Of a stretch of 64,000 nt of DNA, positions 53,351 through 64,000 are shown one piece after another. Each line of letters begins with the position of its first letter. Position 1 is the first letter of the stretch. The notes under the pieces were generated by a model. That model saw only the letters and a list, made by a program, of their open reading frames with translations. It was not told the DNA's origin and ran no database searches. The DNA lies in NCBI RefSeq assembly GCF_009914755.1, contig NC_060934.1. One strand, written 5' to 3'. A program made the position numbers and the translations under genes. Source of the stretch: the human T2T-CHM13v2.0 reference genome, Homo sapiens.

Positions 53351-53734
53351 AAACAAAATGAATGATAAAACTATGTTGACAGCCGGGATGGAGGAAATGA
53401 AAGACTGGGAGTGTGGGTAGGATTAAACAGTTTCTCCTGATAGGGTCACCATCCTCAAAAGGATCGTTGCCCCCTAAATTCCCTGGCATTTGCAGTCATG
53501 CCACCTTGCTCCTCTACGAGCAGTAGAGAGATGTGTGTATGGGTGAGACAGGCAGCACTGGGCAGAAAGGTCAGAGCACAAATACTTACCTGTTTGCCTC
53601 TAGACTTCTACCTTGAACTTGATTTCCCAGATTTTCAGATTTGCTCTATCTTGCTGGACTTGCTCCATGCTCTGCCACTTGGATGAAATGAACTGCCTCA
53701 AAGTTGGCTTTGCCATCTTTCATCCTTGGTTCAG

Positions 53735-53850
53735 GTGATCCAGGTTCTGGGCTGGCTCTGTCTGCTGCATGCATTTAGACAAGTCGCTTCTCCTGTCTTT
53801 GCCTCAGTTTCCTCAACTGTCCAATGGGGGTAAATCATCCTTATCTAATC
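53735..53850 (+). mobile_element. MIR SINE fragment
   Basis: gacaagtcgcttctcc...gcctcagtttcctcaactgtccaatgggg. Confidence 0.65.
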
Positions 53851-54234
53851 TTCAACTCTGGAATATCCTAAAGCTTTAATTATAATTGCTGGAAGTTTTC
53901 ATGCAAATCAAGTTCCATTATAATGACTTCATAATAATAATGTGGTAGTGATTTAATTATTAAGCATCTCCTACATACTAAGCACAAACATTACTTCTTA
54001 ATGCTCATAAAAATCATGCAAGGTAAGTGTCACGGACAACCTGGGGGTAATACCAAGCACATTCCATGCCTGCTTAGGAAATTGCCCGCCCTGAAGGGGC
54101 CAACATTCCCTGTTTGACCTAAAAGCTAAAGGAATCTTTGTTTGAGTCTTGATCCAGGAGACCGGGAGCTTTGTTTACTTTCAAGGGTCCACATCACCCT
54201 TTTACACAAGATCCCTGGGGCAGGGGCATGACTG

Positions 54235-54410
54235 AGTCAGCTTGACAGGCTCATGAGAGCTGATTGTACACATCTCTTCCCAACCCTGGGCTCAGTGACA
54301 TCACATTCCGGCTTGAAATTGGCCACAGTGGGAGTATTTGCGCCATGGAAATCAGCAAATGCTACAAATCAGAGCTGTGTTTGTTTCCTCCGAAAGCCAG
54401 TTTTCCAGCC
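54235..54410. mobile_element. MER63-family (hAT-Blackjack)
   Basis: gcttgaaattggccacagtgggagtatttgcgccatggaaatcagcaaatgctacaaatcag. Confidence 0.75.
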
Positions 54411-54529
54411 TGGGATGATCCATTGCAAATGGGATTTCTGGTGGTATATTAAGATGTCCCCAAGTTCCCAAGGTGGATGGGAGGGTTTGGCCACCAACAT
54501 AAAATACTGATTATGAACATACTTGAGAA

Positions 54530-55045
54530 ACCAACTCCACAGATTACTAGCTGTGTTACCATGGGCAATATACTTACCCTCTCAAGATCTCAGTTTCCTC
54601 CCCTGTAAAATGAGAATATTGACAGAGTCTGCTTCCAACCCCTAAAGCACTTTTCACAATGAGGGCCCCAGTAAATATTAGCTTTTATTGAACTGTTGGT
54701 TACTTCTATTTTTATTATAAGGTTCCTGGTCTCTATAAGCAGGCAGCTTTTAAGCTGTTGTCCACACCACTTTTCTAAAAAATAATTTGAATATAACATT
54801 GAGAGGACAGATTCTGGAAATTTCCACCTGGGTTCAAATCCTTACCCTGCTACTTATTCACTGAATGACTCTGAGCAAGTGACTTAGCTACTCTATGGGC
54901 CAATTTCCTCACACGTAGGCTGGTGATTATAATAATACCTACCATTTAGGGTTGTCCCAAGGATAAAGCGAGTCAGTGTGTATAAATCACAGATATCAGT
55001 GTCTCACTCGTAGCATTATGTAAGTGTTTGCTGTTATTATTCTGA
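54530..55045 (+). mobile_element. two MIR SINEs
   Basis: tactagctgtgttaccatgggcaa...ctcagtttcctcccctgtaaaatgaga; cctgggttcaaatcc...gagcaagtgactta. Confidence 0.75.
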
Positions 55046-55054
55046 AAGTTAGTG

Positions 55055-55495
55055 CACTGGGTTGAATAGTATCTCTCAAGAATTCATATCCTTTCTGGAA
55101 CCTCACAATGTGGTTCCAAGTAAGGACTTGGAAAGACGGATGTATGTAGTAGATGTGTAGTAGGTGTAATTAGTTAAGATGGCATACGGGAGTAGGGTGA
55201 GCCCTTGATCCATTATGACCCGTGTCTTATAAGAGGAGAATGGACACAGAGACAGACACACACATACATAGGGCAGATGATGTAGACAAAGAGAAAATGC
55301 AACGTGACGTCAGAGGCAGAGATTGGTGTGATTCAGCTGCAAGCTAGGGATGCCAAGAATTACTGGCAACAGCAAGGAGCTAGGAAGAGGTAAGGAGGGA
55401 GTCTCTCTAGAGCTCTCAGAGAGAATGACCCTGCCAGCACTGTGATGTTGGACTCTAGACCCTAGAACTGTGAGACTCACTTTTGTTGTCTTAAG
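55055..55495 (+). mobile_element. MLT1B/C solo LTR
   Basis: gggttgaatagtatc...gtaattagttaagatg...gaggcagagattggtgtgat...cctagaactgtgaga. Confidence 0.85.
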
Positions 55496-55504
55496 GAAAT
55501 GAAT

Positions 55505-55586
55505 ACAATGAAGTGGTACAACCATAGCTCATTGCAGCCTCCAACTTCTGAGCTCAAGCAGTCCTGCCTCAGCTTCCCAGGTAGCA
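55505..55586 (-). mobile_element. AluJ fragment
   Basis: catagctcattgcagcctccaacttctgagctcaagcagtcctgcctcagcttcccaggtagc. Confidence 0.75.
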
Positions 55587-56089
55587 GAGAGGTTTGAAGG
55601 AGGCTGAAACACCCTTATCCACTGCCATCCTTTTGAGCCCCACTGCTTGTGTTTTTTGATGTCCTTTCTGCTTTTGCTCTGGAGGCTCTTTCCCCAGGCT
55701 CGGGCCCCCGCAGCAGTGCCCTCCACTGCTTTGAATTCCTCACTTTCTGCAGCTACAAAACAGAGCTTGGTGTGTGTGTCCTGCTGGAAGCTCACTCAGG
55801 TTTCACGACACTCCTGTGTATCCCTGTGGACCACCCTAGGAGGTCTCACCTGGAAAGATGATAAACATATATACCACCTTGAACGACAAATCTGAGTTTG
55901 TAAGTGGCCTAAAGCGTTCACTTATTTTGCACATACCTCTCACCGTCTGAGATGCTGCCTTTCTTTGCCAAAAAATATATTTTGCTGACTTCTTTCTTTT
56001 TAATGGTTGAAGGCAAAGCTTTTATAAGCCGTATTCCCACATGCCACCTACTGATGCCTTACCCATAGCACGGTGGCATCATGTGCTCA

Positions 56090-56330
56090 CCAGCACTTAT
56101 GGAAAAGAAGTGCATGTTCCCAGTACTGGTCTGAACTTTTATTTACATCATCTCATTTAAACTTCCCAGTGACCGTGAGAAGTCATTATTATTATCTTCA
56201 TTTTACAGAATAGGGAACTGAGACCCAGGAAGATTATGTGACTTAGCCAGGGTCACACAGCCAGAGTCAGGGTTGGGATTTTATTTGATCCCCTTCTGCC
56301 TGACTCGGGTGTAAATGGATTTGCCACTAT
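56090..56330 (-). mobile_element. MIR SINE
   Basis: catctcatttaaacttccc...cattttacagaatagggaactgagaccc...gtgacttagccagggtcacacagc. Confidence 0.8.
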
Positions 56331-56451
56331 ACCAGTGTTTGCTAAAGTGTGGCCTAATGTGTGGAATATCTGTCCTATGCCTGTACCATTAAAAGGGGTT
56401 TTGTGATAAAAAAAAAATGCTTGAGAACAGTTGTAGATTATAGCTCCCTCC

Positions 56452-56593
56452 TTAGGAATGCCAAATAAAATGCAAACACCAGGTTAAATTAGAAATTTCA
56501 GATACATAACAAATGGTTTGTGAGTGTAAGTGTGTACCATACAATTCAAATTGAGCAGTGTCCTCCCCCACCCTCCTACATCTGGCAGCTCTA
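56452..56593. mobile_element. MER53 (hAT), internally deleted, probably nested in a Charlie-type relic (about 56332-56740)
   Basis: taggaatgccaaataaaatgca...ttaaattagaaatttcagata...atctggcagctcta. Confidence 0.65.
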
Positions 56594-56770
56594 TTCCTGG
56601 ATATTTACAGACGTATGTTTGTAGATTAAAGCTTTCAAGAAATGCTGTGGTAAACAAACCTGTTTGATTTTGTTTAACAAGACATTGTTCAAGTCTATTT
56701 GGAAAAGCTTCTTTGGGATGCAGTTTGGGAAATACTGCACTGTATACGTGACTGCCTCCCCATCAGTCTA

Positions 56771-56985
<215 letters not shown>

Positions 56986-57084
56986 AGTGAAATATGTCCA
57001 TGATGGATGAATTTTTTTTTTCACTCCCAAGGAATTCCAACTGCCACCTTGCCACCTTGCCACCTTGACTGGTACTTTATGAGT

Positions 57085-57450
57085 GTAGGACAACTACCTA
57101 ATCATTTCTAATCCTGTCCCCTCCAGTTTCACACATGCTGCCAAAGAAATCTTCCTAAAATTACCCTTGATTCATGCCAGCTTTCTGCTCAAAACCCTAA
57201 CAGGATCCCCTGTTCCCCTCTAGTAGGAAGCTTGGACCTACTCTTTGAGAGTCTGGATAATTTGGCTTTGGCCAACTATCCCCACTCTCCATCTCCTCCT
57301 CCCTCTGCGCCTATAGACTGCTCACCCCCATTCCCAAGGCTTTGACACTTTTACCTTAGAAACTTTATTTGTGCCCTCCTCTGGCCTGGAAAGCCCTGCC
57401 CTTCATTCTTCAGACAAAGGCCTGGCTCCTGCCGGTTCTTGCCACCAACT
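57085..57450 (+). mobile_element. L2 fragment
   Basis: catgctgccaaagaaatcttcctaaaa...ctgctcaaaaccct...tgccctcctctggcctggaaagccct. Confidence 0.6.
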
Positions 57451-57687
57451 GAAATCTCTTCCCGTCTCAACCCAACCAGCTCATAGCCTGGCCCTTTCAT
57501 TTTGCCCTTGTGTTAGTTACATTAAAATTTTGTCTTGCTACGTACGTGTTGTTTCATTAGCTATATATGTTTTTTATTATGATCAGAAAAATTCTGTTAT
57601 CTATTATATTTAACATTTTATGGTTTTTGGTGGCTTTTCCTTTTTCCATTTTAAAGCTTGGGTGGGTTTTCCTTTTTGATGTTCTTT

Positions 57688-58150
57688 TTTTAGAAAGATA
57701 ATTTATTGAAGTGGAATTCACCTAACATAAAAGTACCCATTTTAAGGTGAATTTAGTACCTTCACAATATGATGCCACCACCATCTTGATCTAGTTCCAA
57801 AACATTCCCATCACTCCAAAGTAAAACCCCTTATCCATTAAGCAGTTTCTTTATGTAACCCCCAAGCCCTTAGCCCATGGCAGCCACCAATCTGTACTCT
57901 GTCTCTGTGGTTTATCTATTCTGAATATTTCATATAAATAGAATCACAAATATGTGACCTTTTGCATGTGGCTTCTTTTGTTTAGCATAATGTTTGCAAG
58001 GTTCATCCATTGTAGCATATATCAGTGCTTCCTTTCTTTTTAAGGCCAAGTAATATTCCACTGCATGTAAGGACCACAGTTTCTGTACACATTCATCTAT
58101 CGATGGACATTTGGGGTTTCCACCTTATCGATATTGTGGACATTCCTGTG
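57688..58150 (-). mobile_element. L1MB 3' end
   Basis: tttattgaagtggaattcacctaacataaaa...ctagttccaaaacattcccatcactcc...ggcttcttttgtttagcataatgttt. Confidence 0.88.
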
Positions 58151-58339
58151 CATTACTTCGCTTGACTTACTTTCCACAAGAATTTCTCTAAAGGAATGCT
58201 ACTAATGGGGAAAATGGAATCTCAGAGACTCAAAGTAACTGCCCATTGGATTGTTTGGGGAATGGGGAGGAAATAGATGGCTCCCTCAAATGCTGGTAGT
58301 AATGCCGAAGTTGGGAGCAGGGGTGAGGAAGGCAGTGAG

Positions 58340-58700
58340 GGATGGGGAGGTACCCAGAGCTTGCATCAGCAGGAAGCCACCACTACCCCTGGGCCTGCAG
58401 GGATGAAGGGAAGTCGCTGTGCTGCTGGGATCCGGAGAGTGATATGGGACAGGGCTGCCTGGCAGGAGCCAAGGCCTTCAGAAAAGAAACACACCAGCTA
58501 GAATCTACAGCCTAGGGGAAGGGAGCTGGGGGAGCAAATACCAGGATCTCCCTTTCTTCCAACCCTCCAGCCTCCTGCCAATGCCTCCTATTGGCGGAAG
58601 CCGAGTGGAAGCCGGAGGGTGGGGGAGCCAGGCTTCTGGGCATAGAGTGAGTGCAGGAGGATGGAGAGTGAATCTGGAGGGCAAACTGAGCCTGTCTGGG
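58340..58700 (-). mobile_element. LTR33-like (ERVL) LTR
   Basis: cctccagcctcctgccaatgcctcctattggc...ggaagccggaggg...ggatggagagtgaatctggagggcaaac. Confidence 0.65.
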
Positions 58701-59259
58701 ATAGCCTTTGTCACACATGTCACACAGCCAGAATCAGGACTGAAAGGGGGATCTCTGACTCCAGATCCCATGCTCTTCCCAGTCCCAGAGGCACCTGCCA
58801 AGTGACACAGCTCAGACTTTCTACTGCTGGGGCCTTTATTTCCCTATCCTTCTGAAGGAGAGATCCCAGGGAGGCTGGCATTTGCAAAGGTGCAGGACCT
58901 GGTTATTTGGCCTTCTCTTCTCACCTCCCCCCACCTCCTCCCACAGGGGCCGCTCAGGGAGTTGGACCTCCAGCACTTTCCCCGCTTTGCTGTGTAACCC
59001 GCATCTGCACACCAAGTGCGGCAGACCAGTGGGCCCCTGGGGGCTGGGGGCTTTTCTTCTTTCTCCCTTGTTCCTGTTCATTTTGGAGCCGTAAGAGAGC
59101 CATGGAGAGAAAGAACTGAGAAAATCAAGGGCTGAGAGACTGTTGTGAAAAGAGTCCGTGGAGACAATACAGTGAGTGCTTAGTGAGGTCCTGAATGCAG
59201 GGCTTATGGGGCTGTGCTGAGCCCTCAAATAGGCCTTTTGTGCTCCTTTCTATTGACTG

Positions 59260-59702
59260 TTACTAAACCCTTCAATGGGCTCCCATTGTGCTTGGAATAA
59301 AATCCAAACTCCCCACCCAGGCCCACAGCGCTCCAGCCTCATCTTATACGCTGGCCTCTCTCTTCTCCCCACTTGCCTTCCTGCAGCTCCTGGGCACACC
59401 CAGAAGTCTCCCACTTCTGGAACTTTGTACCTGCTGGCTCATCCTCTGCCCGGGCTGCAGCTTCTTGCATTCTCCCCAGGGATGGCACCTTTTTCTGCTT
59501 CAGGTCTTGCATGAAACATCACCCCCTTAGAAAGGCCAAGTTTTCTCTTTTGGTACCTCTGTATTGTGCCTGTCTCGCCCTCTAAGCTGTCAGCTCCATG
59601 ATGACACGGAGCTCGTTGGCCTTGTTTACTGCTTTATCCGCAGTCTCTAGCAGAACCCAGCATAAAGCAAGCACTTGAAATGTGCTTGCTGAATCAGTAA
59701 AT
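59260..59702 (+). mobile_element. L2 3' region
   Basis: aaacccttcaatgggctcccattgtgcttggaataaaatccaaactcc...ctgtcagctccatga...ctagcagaacccagcata. Confidence 0.75.
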
Positions 59703-61544
59703 GCAGGTTATGCTTCACGGCAGAAGTAGAGAGTGGTGAACTTTTTTTTTTTTTTTTAACCACTCAGCTGTTTAGATTTGACTTCTCCTTTTGGATTTCT
59801 GGTCTCAGATAACGTACAAAAACATCTCTGATCACTTGACTTGGGTGTTGCATGCTGTCTTTCGTTGGCAGAGGTTCTGGATTTTCGTCTATGGTTTCCT
59901 CTGTAGTTGTTATGATACAGAAATATATTCATTGCTTCAGAGCTGTAGTAGTGAGGCTGTTCATCACAGGTCTCTGTAGGTTTGAGTTCTGGCTACTAAA
60001 TAGCCACGGAGTCTTGTAAATAGATCTTTCTTCCCTCCATTCTGCTCCCCTTCTTCTCTTCCTGCCTCCCTCTCTTCCCATGACACATGGCAGGTGTTAA
60101 AAAGGTATTTGATTATTTTGATTAAATGATGTGATATTGACCTTCATCTACTAAGAAAGAGTATCTTGCTGGCACCTGTTGATAACTTGTAGTTATTGAA
60201 CATGAGTGGCTAACCTGGTTCTGATTCTTATCTCTCAACTCAGTTCATCGTATTGTTAGGATCTGAAATCTCTTCTATATTAACCTTTTATTGTTTGACA
60301 GAGACCTAAGATTTTTATAATGTTCAAGGATGGTTGTGGGTACACTATTAGATGCCATCATGGGATGCCATCATGGGGTGCCTGGAAAAGGTAGATCAAC
60401 ATTTTGTACCAGTTGTGCCACTTCCAAGTTGAGAGGCTGAAGGCAATCTCTTCACCTCTTGGTCTTCAGTTGTCTTGGTTTTCTTATCTGTACATGAAAA
60501 TATATAAAGGCTGTAGGTTTCTAAAGTCCCTTCCAAGGCCAAGGTTTTATCATTCTATCTCGCCTCTTACCTTCCTTTCTGTAGTAGCTCTGCTTTCTTA
60601 ATCTAATCAAGAAAGGTTCAAATAAAGGGAGCCACTGTCAAGATGCCTAAGGAGAAATCAAACCACGTGGACAGATTAGGGCCCAGGAAGCAGCTCACCT
60701 CCACCCATAAGTGCACTTCCTTCAGTTTCTTCTCTTCTTTTCTACTTTCTCCTACCCCTTGTTTGCTTTCTTCTTCTTTTAAAACTCTAAACAGTGAAGG
60801 GAGAAATATTCTAGGTGCTCAAAACTCAACACACTCATCTTGCAGTTCAGCCGTGCACAATGGAGAAATCCTCTTGTCCTCAATGAAGTGCAGCTATTGT
60901 GATCTTCTATAAAGGAAACAATCGTCACTGTTCACATGGGTCCAGTTGTTTATATGTAATTCATTCAGCGTTGCGTTTGGCATACAAGACTTCTTTAAAC
61001 CTCGCAGCCCAGGATCCATTTAGTTTTAGAAATTAAGCCAAATTCCTTTTTTCCTTAAGTGCCTTTTCTTATTCCTGGATAAAATCAATAGACCATGAAA
61101 TATCTGTATTGAAAAATGATATGACCAAACTCTCTCCGAGAATTCAGGGGTTAAAATGTGGTTTGAGGCTTAAAGGCCCATTAAGGTACTATTGGATTAT
61201 GGTAAAATCCTTCTGAATGTGAACTTTCCTACATTTTGATTTAGAAATGTAATTCAGCTCCAGGTCCTCAAAATCCAGATGCTAAATATTGCTTTTAGTA
61301 TACATTAGTGCTGAGGAAGGCAGTGGCATGATGCCTTGAAAATATGATTCATTTGGCCTCTACTTTTAATGACCTTGAAAGAGGATCATTTTCCCACTTG
61401 GCACTGAGAGAAAATGATAACCCAATTATCAACGAGGGAGTGTTATTAAATTAATATATGCCTCAGGTAAGGTATGCATGAATTTTCTTAGAAATCTACC
61501 ATCTTGATTTGGAAATATGCATCATAAAATGTTGTCTAAGAAAC

Positions 61545-61635
61545 TCTATGTCATGAAGTTGACAACCCACATTTCACAGATGAGAAAACCGGGACCCCAA
61601 GAGGGAAATGACTTGTCCAAGGTCACAGAGTAGCA
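61545..61635 (-). mobile_element. MIR SINE fragment
   Basis: catttcacagatgagaaaaccgggacccc...atgacttgtccaaggtcacag. Confidence 0.75.
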
Positions 61636-62749
61636 ATGCTTTGATCAAACTGGGGAAACTGACATTCAGTGAGCATGACGTTTAGGACTTTGCAGTGCTC
61701 AGAAAGACTTAGCTCAGAATTTTTTTTTTTTTTTTTTTGAGCCATAAAGACTGTGTTATAATAAGACAGGAGAGATTATACAGATTGAGGCTCAGCTCTG
61801 TCACTTACAGCCCTGGGTCATTAGCAAACCCCTAATTTTCTAAGCTTTAATTTCCTCATCTCCAAAATGGGATTCATGGAGATAACAGAGACGATGGGTA
61901 GTGGTGAGGACATAGTGCAACAGCACAGGAAAGCTTAGCTTCATATACAGCAGGGTGTTTGATGAAGCCGTGGAATCATTGTAAAGGGGCTTCTCAGCCA
62001 CACCTTTACTAATTCAGAAATACAGATTTCATAAGTACAGTCAATAACCCCAGAGAAAAATTCAGATTCTATATTGCCATATATATTGCCAGTAGTCTGT
62101 GTCGAATTTTTAAGGATTGAAAAATGACATGTGGGGTTGCCCTATATGGGGAGTTCATAGTAAAATCCTCTAGAAAGCATCTCTAAACTGGGCCAACACT
62201 GATGATCGTAATAGCCATATGCACATGTAATAGAAATTAAAGAGTTTTTGAATATAAATGCCTGGCACTCAGAAAGCAACTAACAAATGTCTGTTGAATT
62301 AAATTACATTGAACAAGGCAGTAGGGAGGTCTTGCCACCAGATTTAACAGAAACCAGGAAACAGACACTCCATTTAAGCCTTCTAATCCCATAAAGCAGG
62401 GGTGACAAATACCACTTTCATATTCCATGCCCAGGGCAGACATGACTAATCCATCCCAGCACTCATAGCTCCCAACCTTATATTCATTTGTATGTGTGTC
62501 TCTCCCATTAGGCCATAGGCCCTTAGAGAGAGCTGACTGAGTTCTCTTTCTTCTTTACCTCTGGCAAGCTTCACAAAGAATGCAAATGCTTACTAGATGG
62601 ATAAGCTCAGAGGAGTTTAAGAGGTTGCCCAAGGCCACCCAGGAAGTAAGTCTGATCTGCGGCTACACTTCCTTCTCCGGCGGGGAGAACTGGAGTGTAC
62701 TGGTGTCATGGAATAATATTGTGAGGTACTGATGGAAGCCTTGTGAAAA

Positions 62750-63130
62750 GCATAAACTGAAGCATAATTTACATGTGGTAAATGCAGAGCTTTTAACTGT
62801 ACAGTTGTATGAATCTTGACATATGAATATACCCACATAACCACCCGCGAGTCAAGATACCTTTCATTCTAGAAAGTTCTTTTGTGCTCCTTTCCAGTCA
62901 ATTCCTCTCCAGAGACAACCTGTTCTAAAACTTCATAACATTGAATCCTAAAGTGTGTACTCTTTTGTGTCTGGCTTCCACTCATCATAACGTTTTGGAA
63001 GTTCATCTGTGTTGTGGGTCCATTCGTAGTTTCTTCCTTTAAACTGCTGAGTGCTATGTTATTGTGTGAATACATCACACGTTGCTTGTTGCTTATACAT
63101 TCACCCAGGGGCATATGTGTTACTTCCAGT
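62750..63130 (-). mobile_element. L1ME 3' end
   Basis: actgaagcataatttacatgtggtaaatgca...gtgtactcttttgtgtctggcttcc...gttcatctgtgttgt. Confidence 0.8.
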
Positions 63131-63131
63131 T

Positions 63132-63672
63132 TAGTCTGAAATGGCTCCCAGTGGTCCACTCCTGCAGATGTTTGTATCCTTGTGTAATCTCCTCCCTTTG
63201 TGTGTGCCACACCCACTGCCTTGCTTCTAACAAGGAGAATACTGGAGAAAGGGATGAGATGTCAGCTCTGAGATTAGGTGTTGTAGGGCTGTGACTTCTG
63301 CTCTCTCACTTATTTTTACTTTCCCACTCACCCATTGTGATGAAAACAGCCACGGTATTGTAAGCCAGAGTTGCGTGTGGCAGGGAACTGAGGAAGACAC
63401 ATAACCAGCAGCCAGGGAAGAACTGAGGCCCTCAGACTGACAGCCTGCGAGGAACGGAGCACTGTTGTAGCCACATGAGTGAGTTTAGAAGCAGATCCCT
63501 TTCCAGTGGAGCTTTGAGATGACGGCTTCCCTGACCAGCATGGTAATTGCAGCCTTGTGAGAAACCCTGAGCAAGAGGACCCAGCTAAGCAGAAACTGTG
63601 AGACAATACATATGGTTGTTCAAGGGACTAAGTTTTGGAGAAATTTGTTATGCAGCAGTGGATAACTAATAC
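63132..63672 (+). mobile_element. MLT1F-like solo LTR
   Basis: aaatggctccc...ccttgtgtaatctcctccc...gaactgaggccctcag...agaaactgtgagacaata...ttgttatgcagcagtggataactaataca. Confidence 0.85.
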
Positions 63673-64000
63673 AGGGTTATTTAAATAATACTGTGGAAAT
63701 TCTTGAACAGATGTTTTTATGGGCATTTGTTACATATGTTTAATAAATATCTTATAATCCCTTTTAACTCCATCGTTATCACCACCCACCTGATCCATTC
63801 AAACTGAGCTATGAGGCACTCATTGCCCTGGGGGAGGGTTGTCAGAGTGGCACAAAGGCATTGCATTTTGTACTTTGAGTTTTTGTGAGTTTACAAAGCT
63901 GAGGTCAGGGAGAGTAAGAAGATCCAAGAGACTAGCTTGTCTCATCTAGAAGAGGTACTAATTCCCTGGGTTAGGTAAAGATGGTGAGCATGAGGGGAGA

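Noticed and set aside
53895-53910. Octamer ATGCAAAT
   Set aside because: An isolated 8-mer is expected by chance, and the adjacent SOX half-site is poor.
60351-60376. Perfect 13-bp tandem duplication gatgccatcatgg (also tgccacct x3 at 57042-57065)
   Set aside because: Ordinary slippage duplications with no sign of function.

Overview
This is primate genomic DNA, almost certainly human, because it carries an intact AluYb8 (a human-specific subfamily) at 21413-21714. The window looks intergenic or deep-intronic. I can support no protein-coding exon, RNA gene, CpG-island promoter or CRISPR array. The supplied ORFs are chance frames, or Alu, L1, LTR and microsatellite read-through. Much of the window is interspersed repeats: about 15 Alus, L1M fragments, many MIR and L2 relics, MaLR solo LTRs (MLT1, THE1, MST), ERV1/ERVL solo LTRs (MER41A, MER57, LTR16, LTR33) and DNA-transposon relics (MER5, MER58A, MER45A, MER53, MER63, MADE1), often nested and with readable target-site duplications (TSDs). 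Between them are several repeat-free blocks dense in homeodomain, SOX, TCF, MEIS, T-box and E-box motifs, suggesting a developmental enhancer landscape (inference only). The most striking unexplained structure is an 88-bp near-perfect palindrome followed by a T9 run at 40873-40967. I found no convincing new multi-gene system. Repeat subfamily calls come from recalled consensus features, and boundaries of old repeats are approximate.
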